NCBI GenBank assembly: GCA_034717835.1
Contig: JAYELZ010000273.1
Location: 1 to 63,445, forward strand
From: Chloroflexota bacterium
GTDB lineage: Bacteria > Chloroflexota > Anaerolineae > B4-G1 > SLSP01
DNA: 63,445 nt
Direction: 5' to 3'
Shown here: positions 37,966 through 48,087 of the stretch, one piece after another
How the letters are laid out: each line of letters begins with the position of its first letter
Position numbering within the stretch: the stretch's first letter is position 1
Program-made: the position numbers and the translations under genes
The notes under the pieces: model-generated
Databases searched by the model: none
The model's input: the letters and a program-made list of their open reading frames with translations, nothing else
Told to the model about the DNA's origin: nothing

Positions 37966-39206
37966 AATTGCGTAGGATGTTAATGGTATTATTAGTATTA
38001 TTATTAATTGGCTGCCAGGCTGCCGGTCCATCAGCGCCGGCGGCCGTGCCAATTGTTGTGCTCTGGCACACTTGCCACGGCGCGCCAGAAAAAGCTTTAC
38101 ACGAGTTAAGTGACAGTTTTAATCAAGAGCATCCAGCCGGGCCGGTGTTGCTGGTCGAATATCAGGTGGATATTGATACCAAGCTAGCTGCCACCTCCCC
38201 CGAACACTACCCTGATTTGCTCGTAATCTCCCCGCAAGAGGTGCCCCAATATGCACAGTTGGCCGGGGATGCTCCGCTACTTACTCTCTCGCCAAATCTA
38301 GAACGTGATCTACTCCCTATGGCCAGCGCTCTCTACCGCCACGGGGAGAAGTTGCAAGCAATTCCCCTGGGCCTGACAACCTATCTGCTCTATTACAATC
38401 AAAAATGGGTCAAGGACTTGGGCTTTTTAGTCGAGAGCGCGACATTGGCCGATTTACAGCAAGTTACTTGTGCCGCGACCGATATCCAGGGGGGGCAGAT
38501 TGGTCTGGGCATCCCGGCACAGCCGGGTGCATTGTTAGCCCTCCTGGCTGTGGATGGCCAACCCCTCACTGCTGAAGACGACCATTACCAGCTGCATACC
38601 GAGGGTGGGATAGAGATTGCCTCCGCTATGCACGAGTTGCTCCGCCACGGGTGCGGTCGTTTCTACGAGCTGTCGCAAAAGGGTGTGGCGCAGTTCAGTA
38701 ATAGCAAAATGACCTCGTTACTTGCTTCTAGCCAACAGCAGAGTGAAATTGCAACCGCCACCGATGTTAGCCGCGATTTCTCCGTAAGGGTGATGGCTTT
38801 GCCGGGCCGCGATGGCCCCGGCGCTACGCTCTGGCAAGGGGTCGGCGTGCTATCGCTGGCTCCCGCCGGGAAGCGACATCAAGCCGCGCAAACAGTAGCT
38901 ACCTGGTTACTTTCCGCAGAGGCCCAGGCTTTATGGGGCGAGCAAACTCAGTATCTGCCGGTGCGGCGCTCGTTAGTTGTTGATGCGCTAGCGAATGCGG
39001 AGTTGAGTGACGTCGAGCGCGATTTGCGCCAGCTGCTGCTAACCGCCGCTGACACTGGACGATGGGTCGCGTGGCCGCCACGCACTACAGACCCCACCTG
39101 TCGCGCTGCCCTAGTGCGCGCGTTATTTGACCTAAACACCGATACATCTATCCTAGAATTGTTAAAGGCGACAGAAAGCGCCTGTAACGAGGAGTTGATT
39201 CCATGA
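37962..39206 (+). CDS. Extracellular solute-binding lipoprotein (family-1 ABC SBP-like), orphan
   Basis: Lipobox LLLIGCQ, size and pattern of sugar SBPs, no adjacent permease. Confidence 0.55.
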   Translation: MKLRRMLMVLLVLLLIGCQAAGPSAPAAVPIVVLWHTCHGAPEKALHELSDSFNQEHPAGPVLLVEYQVDIDTKLAATSPEHYPDLLVISPQEVPQYAQLAGDAPLLTLSPNLERDLLPMASALYRHGEKLQAIPLGLTTYLLYYNQKWVKDLGFLVESATLADLQQVTCAATDIQGGQIGLGIPAQPGALLALLAVDGQPLTAEDDHYQLHTEGGIEIASAMHELLRHGCGRFYELSQKGVAQFSNSKMTSLLASSQQQSEIATATDVSRDFSVRVMALPGRDGPGATLWQGVGVLSLAPAGKRHQAAQTVATWLLSAEAQALWGEQTQYLPVRRSLVVDALANAELSDVERDLRQLLLTAADTGRWVAWPPRTTDPTCRAALVRALFDLNTDTSILELLKATESACNEELIP

Positions 39207-39994
39207 CAATTTACGAACAGTGGTTACTCCATGCCGAAAATATCGCCCGCGAAGCCGGGGCTTTGATCCAAAAACGTTGGCGACACACCCACACCGTGCG
39301 CGCCAAAGGTTTCCGCGACGTCGTCACCGAGACAGATCTGGCTGCCGAGCGGATAATTTTAGGGCGCTTGCGAGAGCTCTTCCCCACTCACGCGATTACC
39401 TCCGAGGAAGCGGGGGCGGACCAGGAAAACCGTCAGGTGCGCTGGCTGATTGATCCGCTGGACGGCACGACGAATTTCTCGCGCAACAATCCCAACTTCT
39501 GCATCTCCATCGCGGCAATTAGCGACGGCGAACCAGTCGTCGGGGTGGTCTACGATCCGCTGCGCGAGCAACTCTTCTCCGCCCGCCGCGGCGGGGGCGC
39601 CACCCTCAACGGCGAGTCGTGCCGGACCTCTGGCTTGACCAACTTGGCAGATGCCGTCTTCGCCGCCGACTGGCCCCGCGACCCACAACTCCGGGCGGAA
39701 CACTGGCAGCAAGTCACGCAGCTCATGTCCTCTGCCCGCACGCTGCGCGGCCTGGGAAGTGCAGCCTTGAACATCGTCTATGTCGCCAGCGGCTGGTTTG
39801 ATCTCTACTTGGCCCGGAGACTATCGGCCTGGGATCAGACTGCCGCCGCGCTCATCGTCTGCGCGGCGGGCGGAGCCGCCGGTACACTCTCTGGCGCACC
39901 CTGGAATCCCTACGTACTCGATCCAGTGCTGGCTGCCACCCCGGAATTATTAGCGGAGTTCCAGCGCCAGCAACCCCAAGGACTTAATGCGTAA
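39203..39994 (+). CDS. Inositol monophosphatase family protein
   Basis: VVTETDLAAE, WLIDPLDGTTNF, AWDQTAAALIV. Confidence 0.9.
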   Translation: MTIYEQWLLHAENIAREAGALIQKRWRHTHTVRAKGFRDVVTETDLAAERIILGRLRELFPTHAITSEEAGADQENRQVRWLIDPLDGTTNFSRNNPNFCISIAAISDGEPVVGVVYDPLREQLFSARRGGGATLNGESCRTSGLTNLADAVFAADWPRDPQLRAEHWQQVTQLMSSARTLRGLGSAALNIVYVASGWFDLYLARRLSAWDQTAAALIVCAAGGAAGTLSGAPWNPYVLDPVLAATPELLAEFQRQQPQGLNA

Positions 39995-41108
39995 AATAAA
40001 GACAGTATTGCGCCGAATTGTCGGCTGGCTGTTCCTGTTGAGTTTGCTCTTATTGAGCTCCCGGCAACACGCGGTGTCACAGGTTGATCCAGCGCAAGAG
40101 TTTTATCAGCTGATTACCCAAGCTCGTCTCGAAGCGGGCTTGCCCCCACTTGCGCGCTCGGCGCTCTTGACGCAGGCGTCCCAGCGACATGCTGATGATA
40201 TGGCCGCCAATGGATTTATCGGGCAGGTGGGTTCCGATGATTCCACGTACCAGCAGCGCATTCGCGAGGCCAATTATCACGCTTGGAAGGATGGCCTCTT
40301 GGTCAATGAGTCAATTTGGGCCGGGCTAGGTTCTGCGTCCAATGCCCTGGGTTGGTTTAAGGAGCAACCCGAGCATTGGGACATGTTCGTTGATCCCCGT
40401 TATCGTGAATTAGGGGTAGGTTATGCGCGGGATAAACAAGGCATCAACTACTTTGTCTTAGATTTTGGCTCCCGCCCGGGGGTCTTGCCGATCTTTATCA
40501 ACGATGGCGCAGAAACTGCCGCTGCACCTCAAGTAGCCGTCCGGCTCACCAACGAGGAGGCGATGCCGGCGGGTGATGGTAATCGCATAGGGGAAGCCAT
40601 TGAGGTGCGTCTTAGCTCAACTCTGGACTTCAGCGACGCGACACCTCAACCCTGGGAGGAACTGGTCCCCTGGCTGTTGCCGGATAACACACCTGGCGAT
40701 TACGCGGTCTATGTGGAGTTCCGCGACGGTGCCGAGCGCACTACCGTTAGTGAAGGTACCATCCGGTTGACGAGCGCGGGGGAGACTGCGCCAGCTACGC
40801 CAGCACCGGCAGAAGCGACTGTGCTAGCAGCGACGCCGTTACCCACCTCCACGCCAACGGGGGGAGTCGCGCCACTTACGCCGGTACCCACCACAGATAT
40901 CGAATTACCGGTCAGTACACCATTTCCCGCGCCTACTGCGCAACCCACGGAAAGTGTGCCGACCTGCACCCCGCTACCTACCTGGACTCCGTTACCCACC
41001 GTCACCGCCGCCAACGCAGAGCAGAGCAGAGATTGGCCGCTACTTGCCGTCCTGATGCTGCAAGGACTTGCCATCTTATTGGGGTTAGGGCTATTCCTGC
41101 GTCGCTAG
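39987..41108 (+). CDS. CAP/SCP-domain secreted protein with a Pro/Thr-rich tail and C-terminal TM anchor
   Basis: LTQASQRHADDMAANGF...YRELGVGYA, and C-terminal WPLLAVLMLQGLAILLGLGLFL. Confidence 0.8.
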   Translation: MRKIKTVLRRIVGWLFLLSLLLLSSRQHAVSQVDPAQEFYQLITQARLEAGLPPLARSALLTQASQRHADDMAANGFIGQVGSDDSTYQQRIREANYHAWKDGLLVNESIWAGLGSASNALGWFKEQPEHWDMFVDPRYRELGVGYARDKQGINYFVLDFGSRPGVLPIFINDGAETAAAPQVAVRLTNEEAMPAGDGNRIGEAIEVRLSSTLDFSDATPQPWEELVPWLLPDNTPGDYAVYVEFRDGAERTTVSEGTIRLTSAGETAPATPAPAEATVLAATPLPTSTPTGGVAPLTPVPTTDIELPVSTPFPAPTAQPTESVPTCTPLPTWTPLPTVTAANAEQSRDWPLLAVLMLQGLAILLGLGLFLRR

Positions 41109-41238
41109 TCAAAGTAGTCCATTAGTCTGAGCGTCAGGTAATCAAGGAGGCAAACGATGAGGCTGGTTTCTCTAAAAAGAGGGGCCTCTCCCCCAACATA
41201 ATGACGCTCACTCGCTTTCTCTGGGTAAATAATAAACT

Positions 41239-42114
41239 ATGAAAAACTTTCTCTCTAATCCCAAGTTCAAGATATTTCTACGCAATTTGCAAGATTATCT
41301 CCTCATCATCGGGGGAGCCATCATTATTGCCGCCAACGTGCCTCTGTTTTTGGAACCCAATCACGTAGTCTCCACCGGCGTGACCGGGATAGGGATGTTG
41401 GCGCATTATCTCTGGGGCTGGCCCATCGGCATGGTGACGTTGGTACTCAACGTCCCACTGCTGCTTGCCGGCCTCAAATGGGGAGATGGCCTGAAATTCT
41501 TCTTCCGCACCCTAGTCGCCGTTGCGACGATGTCCATTGCCATAGACATTCTTTCGCCTCATCTATCCCCCATCCAGGGCGATCCGTTACTCTATACTCT
41601 CTTTGGCGGGTTGCTAGACGGCTTAGGTATCGGGTTGGTATTGCGAGGGCGGGGTACTACCGGCGGCACCGATATCGTGGCGCAATTACTGAACCGGTAC
41701 CGGGGCTGGCCTTTTGGGCACATCTTCATCGTGCTTAACGGCGTCATCCTTTTGGCGGCGGCGGCAGTGGTAGGCATCGTGCCGATACTCTATGCGCTCA
41801 TCGTCAACTTCGTCTCTGGCCGCGTAATCAACGTGGTCCAAGAAGGTGTCAGTTACGCCCGCGCCGTCCTCATTGTCTCCGATCAGGCCGAGGAAATCCG
41901 CCGCACCATCATCGAGGATCTAGACCGAGGAGTCACGCTCTTGGAAGCACGTGGTGGTTATACCGAGAAATCCCGCCCCGTGCTCTACGTAGTCGTTTCG
42001 CGCTCGCAAGTGACGCTTCTCAAGCACATCATTGCCAAGATTGACGCGCGGGCTTTTGTGGTGGTCTCAGAGGCGCATGAGGTATTGGGGGAGGGATTCC
42101 GGGTAGTGGGATAG
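41239..42114 (+). CDS. YitT-family membrane protein (DUF2179 C-terminus)
   Basis: Five or six TM segments, GGTTGGTDIVAQL, C-terminal soluble domain. Confidence 0.8.
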   Translation: MKNFLSNPKFKIFLRNLQDYLLIIGGAIIIAANVPLFLEPNHVVSTGVTGIGMLAHYLWGWPIGMVTLVLNVPLLLAGLKWGDGLKFFFRTLVAVATMSIAIDILSPHLSPIQGDPLLYTLFGGLLDGLGIGLVLRGRGTTGGTDIVAQLLNRYRGWPFGHIFIVLNGVILLAAAAVVGIVPILYALIVNFVSGRVINVVQEGVSYARAVLIVSDQAEEIRRTIIEDLDRGVTLLEARGGYTEKSRPVLYVVVSRSQVTLLKHIIAKIDARAFVVVSEAHEVLGEGFRVVG

Positions 42115-42120
42115 CCGGGT

Positions 42121-42266
42121 TAGCTCGCCTGGCGACTGAAGTCGCGGCTACTCTGGCGAAGTCGCCCTACGGCGACTAGAGCGCTTCGTCATTCTGCGCG
42201 TAGCTGAAGACCACTTGCTTTTCGCTTTCTCGCCTTCTCGCTCACTCGCTTTTTCGCTCACTCGCA
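42121..42266. repeat. Composite intergenic repeat (CGCCTGGCGACTGAAGTCGCGGCTAC word plus TTCTCGCC 8-nt words)
   Basis: 42126-42151 matches the reverse complement of 61518-61543 at 25/26. 42215-42266 is the reverse complement of the GCGAGAAG family. Confidence 0.75.
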
Positions 42267-43169
42267 AGGTTGTTCCTTTTCCAAAACCGTCTTGAGCGCA
42301 GTGATCGCCACTTCCAACATATCATCGTCCGGCTCGCGGGTGGTTAGTCGCTGCAAAGCCAAGTTAGGTTTGATCAAGAGCTGGATCAGCCGATTATCGG
42401 CGTGCCGCCCGGTGAAACGGAGCACTTCATAAGCAATGCCGGTGATGATAGGAATCATCACCAAGCGCGAGAGCAGTCGCCAGAAGAGCGCCGGCTTTCC
42501 TAACGGCGCGAAAACCAAGATCGAGATGAGTGCTACGATCAACAGAAAGGCGGTTCCGCAACGCGCGTGGGCGGTAGAATAAGCGCGCACGTTCTCCACG
42601 GTGAGAGGAACGCCAGCCTCATAGGCGTTAATTGTCTTGTGCTCGGAGCCGTGATAAGCAAAAACCCGGCGGATATCCTCCAGTTGCCCCACGGCGAACA
42701 TGTAACCCACCAGTATGGTCAGGCGGATGAGTCCCTCCACTACATTGAAGAGCAGGTCTCCTTCTGGGACGATAAGTCCCGCCAGCCAAGAGGGGAAGAG
42801 CATAAAGAGCAGTACTCCGACGATCATCGAGAGTGCTCCCGTGGTGATCCCCATAGCCCCCCCCATGGTGAACTCCGGATCTTCGGCCTGTCCCACTATC
42901 TCAGCGGAGTAGAAGAGGGCGCGCATCCCCAGCCCCAACGCATCCCACAACATGGGGAGGCCCCGCAAGAAAGGGATTTTGCTCAATCGTCCTCGGTAAA
43001 TGCCGCTTACCGGCTCCGTTTTGACCACAATTTCATGATTATCGGGCCGCCGCACGGCAATGGCTGCATGATACGCGCCGCGCATCATCACCCCTTCCAT
43101 CACAGCTTGCCCACCGTAGTTCCAGCCGCCGATAACCGCAGTGTCCTGATTAGTATTTTTTTCAGTCAT
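42258..43169 (-). CDS. DUF1385-family membrane protein (YqhQ-like)
   Basis: GGQAVMEGVMMRG, AYHGSEHK. Confidence 0.8.
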   Translation of the reverse strand: MTEKNTNQDTAVIGGWNYGGQAVMEGVMMRGAYHAAIAVRRPDNHEIVVKTEPVSGIYRGRLSKIPFLRGLPMLWDALGLGMRALFYSAEIVGQAEDPEFTMGGAMGITTGALSMIVGVLLFMLFPSWLAGLIVPEGDLLFNVVEGLIRLTILVGYMFAVGQLEDIRRVFAYHGSEHKTINAYEAGVPLTVENVRAYSTAHARCGTAFLLIVALISILVFAPLGKPALFWRLLSRLVMIPIITGIAYEVLRFTGRHADNRLIQLLIKPNLALQRLTTREPDDDMLEVAITALKTVLEKEQPCE

Positions 43170-43199
43170 TATATGACTCCCCTAAAAAAAGATAGCTCA

Positions 43200-43296
43200 T
43201 CACGGAGGCACAGAGGACACTGAGAAAAAAATAATTCTCTGAAGGTCCAAGTTAACATCCCTGTGCTCTCCGTGCCTCTCTGTGGTAAAATTCTTG
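43200..43296. repeat. Inverted pair of CTCAGTG/CTCTGTGCCTCCG modules
   Basis: tcacggaggcacagaggacactgag and ccctgtgctctccgtgcctctctgtgg lie in opposite orientation around a 34-nt spacer. Confidence 0.65.
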
Positions 43297-43342
43297 TTTT
43301 TTTCAGTAAACTCATTTCTCAAATTACTGAGAGATGGCGTTA

Positions 43343-44197
43343 TCATTTACCTCTTCTCGCCTTCTCCCACGCTTCTAGCAGGGCACGACGAGCTAAGACG
43401 CCGGCCATCTCCAACCGGTACTCCGCGCTCCCTCGAAAGTCGCCCTGGGGCTTGAGAACTGCCAACGCAGGTTGTAAGGCCTCGGTTACATTTTCCTCGG
43501 TGAGCAGTTTACCTTTCAATATCTGTTCCGCTTTGAGCAACCGCACCGGTTTCTCACCGGCGCCGCCTACGGCCACCCGCACCAGCGCGGGCAAGCCCTC
43601 CTCCACCTGGATGTAAGCAGCTGCACAGACGATGGGCTTATCTTTAGGCGAGCGTCCCACCACCTCGAACGCGGCCGCACTCCGCGCCGGCGGGCGGGGC
43701 ACCCGCACTTCCACAACCAGAGCCTGGGCCTTGATAAGCCGGTCACGGTAGGCGACAAAACTGGCGAAAGGAGCTTTGTGCTCCTCCGGATCAGCATAGA
43801 GAACTTGTGCGTCCAAGACGGAGAGCACCGTGGTCAATGGATCCTCCGCTCCTGCGACGATGAGCGTGCCACCCAACGTGCCCTGCTCTCGCAGGTTACG
43901 CGATTGCGTGTAACTCGCCGCCTGACCGAGGACGCCATTCGCCAGTTTCCCCGCGTCAGCATGATCAATGAGCTCCTGCAAGGTGGCCTGCGCGCCAAGC
44001 TGCACGCTGTCCACATCGCCGGTAATCTCCGCCAAACCTAGTTTCTGCAAATCCACCACCGCTTCCAGATTAGGATCGCCCTGGGCCACAATCCAAGCCC
44101 CGCCACCCAGATAAACAGTCGCCGGGTTCGATTGCACCAACATCACGGCTTCTTCTACGGTCGTCGGTTTATGATAAGTTTTCACGTTGCGTAACAT
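43343..44197 (-). CDS. FAD-binding subunit of the molybdopterin dehydrogenase family (CoxM/XdhB-like)
   Basis: 284 aa. YHKPTTVEEAV...YLGGGAWIV...GTLGGTL. Confidence 0.75.
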   Translation of the reverse strand: MLRNVKTYHKPTTVEEAVMLVQSNPATVYLGGGAWIVAQGDPNLEAVVDLQKLGLAEITGDVDSVQLGAQATLQELIDHADAGKLANGVLGQAASYTQSRNLREQGTLGGTLIVAGAEDPLTTVLSVLDAQVLYADPEEHKAPFASFVAYRDRLIKAQALVVEVRVPRPPARSAAAFEVVGRSPKDKPIVCAAAYIQVEEGLPALVRVAVGGAGEKPVRLLKAEQILKGKLLTEENVTEALQPALAVLKPQGDFRGSAEYRLEMAGVLARRALLEAWEKARRGK

Positions 44198-44301
44198 ATA
44201 GGTCTCCTCAGATAAACTGGTTAACTAGGGTCAACAAAATAGAGTGATAAGTGATTCATGATCCGTGAGAATTACGAGTTCCGAATTATTATTGTGCTAT
44301 C

Positions 44302-44739
44302 TCAGATATCACAATCTTGTGGAGGGTGCTCCCCTACGGCATAAAGTATTCTACGCAAGTTGGCTATTCCAAGATTATTTAGTTGCAGGATTTCTACCGT
44401 AGCGCGTCCCACAGGTGTTAGACCAATGATGAGTGTGCAGTCGTTATTCCATGTAAAATGTTTGGCCCATCGTTGTTGGCGCGGATGGTAGAGAGGAACA
44501 GATTTTCCGCTAATTGGATCGCGACCTTCAATTTTGTTATATTTATGGTTACTACAACTTTGACAGGATAACGCCAAGTTATCTAGGGTAGTCTCTCCTT
44601 GGCGGCTTCTCGGAATAATATGTTCGACTGAAAATGACTGATTGGTAAACCGCAGTTGGCTGCGACAGTACTCACAACATCCACGCGCACGACGGATAAC
44701 AGTTCGCCTTTGGTCAGCAGTGACCCGTTTTTTAGACAA
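44302..44739 (-). CDS. HNH endonuclease
   Basis: CCEYCRS...FSVEHIIPRSRQGETTLDNLALSCQSCSNHK. The TTG start overlaps the upstream stop (GTTGTCTAA). Confidence 0.85.
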   Translation of the reverse strand: MSKKRVTADQRRTVIRRARGCCEYCRSQLRFTNQSFSVEHIIPRSRQGETTLDNLALSCQSCSNHKYNKIEGRDPISGKSVPLYHPRQQRWAKHFTWNNDCTLIIGLTPVGRATVEILQLNNLGIANLRRILYAVGEHPPQDCDI

Positions 44740-45133
44740 CTGGCGGTGCCTCCAGTCCCAGATTGTCCATCAAGAAATGTAGTGGAATTTGACGTAATTT
44801 AGCCAATTCGACCAGGGACTTAAGCCGTTGCTCGTTCAACACCGAGAATTGATCAGTTAATTCTATCAATTCTCGGTGTTCATCCGATGTAAGTGTTTCG
44901 GCTTGACGTTTAGCAACTAATTCGTCAACGCGCGCTTGTATTTTAGCTGGTATGCCTTAATTAATTTTAAGCAACAGCTCAGATTCATTACTAACCAGCA
45001 CATGAGCACGCCGCCGGGCTAGAAGATCAACTACTTGATGAGTGAAGCGCTCCAAGTCAGCTGAATTCAACTGTCCTACAGCGTCTATCAATTTACTATA
45101 GGGCAATTCCAGATTAACTTGAATGTTAGGCAT
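44732..45133 (-). pseudogene. Small helical protein gene interrupted by a single in-frame TAA; upstream partner of the HNH gene
   Basis: MPNIQVNLELPYSKLIDAVGQLNSADLERFTHQVVDLLARRRAHVLVSNESELLLKIN*GIPAKIQARVDELVAKRQAETLTSDEHRELIELTDQFSVLNEQRLKSLVELAKLRQIPLHFLMDNLGLEAPPVV. The stop is at 44957-44959 and the frame is unchanged across it. Confidence 0.6.
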
Positions 45134-45217
45134 GTTCTATTTCTCCCATCCAACATTGCTCAGCTTACCTTCCTGATCAATTCCCTCTATTCTAACTGGA
45201 GTGAGCTGAAAAACAAG

Positions 45218-46774
45218 TTACGCTACTGGCTCGGTTTGCACGCCGGCCATCAGCAAACCCAGTCGCTCCATGCTGGCTTCTTCAATGGGGAGTATCCCCA
45301 TGATGCGCCCCTCGTAAATGACGGCGATGCGATCGGCGAGCGCAAGTATCTCATCCAGGTCTTCCGAAATGAGCAAGATCGCGGCCCCAGCGTTGCGTTG
45401 TATTAAAAGTTGTTGGTGGACGTACTCGGTGGCGCCGATATCCAGGCCGCGCGTGGGCTGCGCCGCTACTACAATGCGCGGTTGGCGGGAGAGCTCGCGC
45501 GCTAGAATCAATTTTTGGATGTTGCCACCGGAGAGGTTCTGCGCCGGGGTCTCCTGAGAAGGAGTCTTGACGCTAAATCTCTTGATCAATTCCGCCGAAT
45601 GTCGTGCAATGACCGCGAAATCCAAGAAACCACGTTTAGAATAGGGCGCGAGATGATGTTCGCGCAGAATCAAGTTCTCGGCCACCGAGAACTCCGCGAT
45701 CATGCCGTCGCGCATCCGCTCTTCGGGGATGTAGGAGAGGCCGCCTTCCATAAGCTCGCGGGGGGAAGCAGCGGCGACGTTCTGCCCTTCTATCAGCACG
45801 GCCCCACCGGTCAGAGACCGCAACCCCGTGATGACTTCCGCTAACTCGCGCTGACCATTGCCGGAGACGCCGGCCAACCCGATAATCTCTCCAGCGTGAA
45901 CTTCCAAATCAATGCCGCGGAGGGCCGGCAACTCGCGGTCATTCTGGGCGCGCAGCTCGCGGAGCGCCAAGCGGACCGGCCGGGCTTTCATCAAGGGGCG
46001 TTCCGGGTTCCACTTGATCTCACGTCCCACCATCATCTGCGCCAAATCTGCTTTGGTCGCCTCACCCAACGGGCGGGAGCCGGTGACCCGTCCTCTCCGC
46101 AAGACGGTGACGCGATCACTAATTTCCACCACCTCGTGAAGTTTATGTGAGATGAAGATGATTGCATGCCCATCGTTCACCATCTGCTTCAGGATGACAA
46201 ATGTCTCCTCCACTTCCTGTGGGGTGAGCACGGCTGTAGGCTCATCCAAAATTAAGAGGGCCGCGCCGCGATAGAGGGCTTTGATTATCTCCACGCGCTG
46301 TTGCTGACCGACCGCTAGCTGCCAGACAGGGACTTCTGGATCAACCTTGAGGCCGTAGAGTTCGCCCAATTTCACGATGCGTTGGGATACCTGCTCCAAG
46401 TCAGTGAGCAGGCCGCGCGAGGAAGGCAAGCCCAGCGCCACGTTTTCGGCCACGGTGAGGGTGGGGACCAACATGAAGTGCTGGTGGATCATCCCGATGC
46501 CCAGTTTGATAGCGTCTAGAGGAGAAGTGATAGCTACTGGCTGGTCGTTGATCAGAATTTCGCCAGCATCTTGTTGGTAAAGTCCGTAGAGGATATTCAT
46601 TAAGGTGCTTTTGCCCGCGCCGTTTTCCCCTAAAAGTGCGTGGACTTCCCCGGAACGGATATCGAAGTTCACGCGGTCATTGGCTAACACGCCAGGGAAG
46701 CGTTTGACTATCTGGCGCATCTCTAGGTGGGCAATTCGCGCATGTCCTGAAGGTAACAAATCGGTTTCTTTCAT
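45218..46774 (-). CDS. ABC ATPase with duplicated NBD (nucleoside/BMP-type transporter)
   Basis: GENGAGKST, LAVGQQQRVEI, LILDEPTAVL, and a second NBD with LSGGNIQK. Confidence 0.9.
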   Translation of the reverse strand: MKETDLLPSGHARIAHLEMRQIVKRFPGVLANDRVNFDIRSGEVHALLGENGAGKSTLMNILYGLYQQDAGEILINDQPVAITSPLDAIKLGIGMIHQHFMLVPTLTVAENVALGLPSSRGLLTDLEQVSQRIVKLGELYGLKVDPEVPVWQLAVGQQQRVEIIKALYRGAALLILDEPTAVLTPQEVEETFVILKQMVNDGHAIIFISHKLHEVVEISDRVTVLRRGRVTGSRPLGEATKADLAQMMVGREIKWNPERPLMKARPVRLALRELRAQNDRELPALRGIDLEVHAGEIIGLAGVSGNGQRELAEVITGLRSLTGGAVLIEGQNVAAASPRELMEGGLSYIPEERMRDGMIAEFSVAENLILREHHLAPYSKRGFLDFAVIARHSAELIKRFSVKTPSQETPAQNLSGGNIQKLILARELSRQPRIVVAAQPTRGLDIGATEYVHQQLLIQRNAGAAILLISEDLDEILALADRIAVIYEGRIMGILPIEEASMERLGLLMAGVQTEPVA

Positions 46775-46805
46775 GTCGGTTCCTCAATCGGAGTTAAAAA
46801 TTACC

Positions 46806-46961
46806 AGTTGAAAGTTACATTACAAGTCGAAAGTCGAAAGTCAAAAGTCAAAAATATCTGTCCCTCCCCCAGTAGTCCACGTAGGGGAACTTCGCAAAAG
46901 TAGCCGCTACTTTAGTTGCCAGGCTAGCCATTGGGTCAGAGCAATTGCCCGGCTAGCCTGG
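46806..46961. repeat. Intercistronic repeat block (AGTCGAAA 8-nt words; GTAGCCGC word; 11-bp perfect IR)
   Basis: caagtcgaaagtcgaaagtcaaaagtcaaaaa. IR ccaggctagcc (46919-46929) / ggctagcctgg (46951-46961). Confidence 0.7.
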
Positions 46962-46986
46962 CGGGATACGCCAATTCTAAAAAATA

Positions 46987-47994
46987 TTACTTGCCTACAT
47001 TGACGGGGATGGCACCATCCATGATGCCCTGAATCGTCTCTTCTGCGACTCCTTTAACCTCGTCGGAGAGGCCATAAGCGGAGTTATACGCGATGAGCAA
47101 CCCTTTGTTTTCCAGCGAGAGGGCGAAAGCCTGCCCGCCCAAAGTACCCTCTTCGATTAGGTCAAATATCTGATCTAACACTACGGTCCAATCGTAGACT
47201 TGGTTGGCGACGACGACGGTGGGGGCTAGCGAGGTCTGATTGGATTGTGTCCCGAACCAAGCCACGTCGTTTTCCTCGGCGACGCCGACAGCGCCGACCA
47301 CCATCTGGGCCGTGCCGCTCAGCTGATCTGCCCCAGCGTTGACCAGGGTCTGCGCCGCTTCGGAAGCCAACGCCACATCGCTGAAGGAGCCGATCCAGTT
47401 CACGTTGACCTCAGCAGCTGGATTGGCGGCTTTGACACCGGCGATAAAGCCATCCACGTAGAGTTTAGCATCCCCGGTCTCGATAGGCCCCACCACGCCA
47501 ATCACGTTGCTCTGGGTCTGCGTTCCCGCGATGACGCCGTTGACGTACCCGCCCTGTTCGGCGCGCGCCTCGTAAGCGAAGACGTTTTCAATCCCTTGAT
47601 CGACGAAGGTGTCCACCGTGGTGCCCCAAGCAAAACTGGTCTCGGGGAAATCGGGGGCAATCTCTTGCAGCGAGCTGCCGTACTGTGAACCGTGCGCGAT
47701 TACCAGATCGTAACCCTGACTGGCGTAGTCGCGGAGGGCCGCGGCGGCATCATCGACCACAAAAGTGCCATCGGAGTAGGCGATCTCAAAGTTCTCCGCG
47801 CCGCCTCGCTCGGTTTGGATAGCGACCAACGCATCGTACATGCTCTGACTGAAGGCCAGGTCATTAATCGCACTGGGCATGACCACCGCCACGCGGAATG
47901 TTTTGTCGCCTCCGCCGGTTTCTCCACCCCCACAACCACTCAACAAAACTGCTAACAACGTCATGATACTCAAGACTGCATAGATTTTACGCAT
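46987..47994 (-). CDS. BMP-family (Med/PnrA-like) ABC substrate-binding lipoprotein
   Basis: Lipobox LLSGCGG, FRVAVVMPSAINDLAFSQS. Confidence 0.88.
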   Translation of the reverse strand: MRKIYAVLSIMTLLAVLLSGCGGGETGGGDKTFRVAVVMPSAINDLAFSQSMYDALVAIQTERGGAENFEIAYSDGTFVVDDAAAALRDYASQGYDLVIAHGSQYGSSLQEIAPDFPETSFAWGTTVDTFVDQGIENVFAYEARAEQGGYVNGVIAGTQTQSNVIGVVGPIETGDAKLYVDGFIAGVKAANPAAEVNVNWIGSFSDVALASEAAQTLVNAGADQLSGTAQMVVGAVGVAEENDVAWFGTQSNQTSLAPTVVVANQVYDWTVVLDQIFDLIEEGTLGGQAFALSLENKGLLIAYNSAYGLSDEVKGVAEETIQGIMDGAIPVNVGK

Positions 47995-48087
47995 GATTTT
48001 CTCCTCTGGTTAAATGTTGGTTACTAAAATAGAAAATACTGGCCTGGAGCAAATTTGAGGGATACACCTCCTTTGTGCTTGAAAAAA

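Noticed and set aside
42567-43223. 218-aa plus-strand ORF, and similarly 61608..62249 (213 aa)
   Set aside because: They are antisense to the well-supported DUF1385 and trpS genes respectively and have no independent features.
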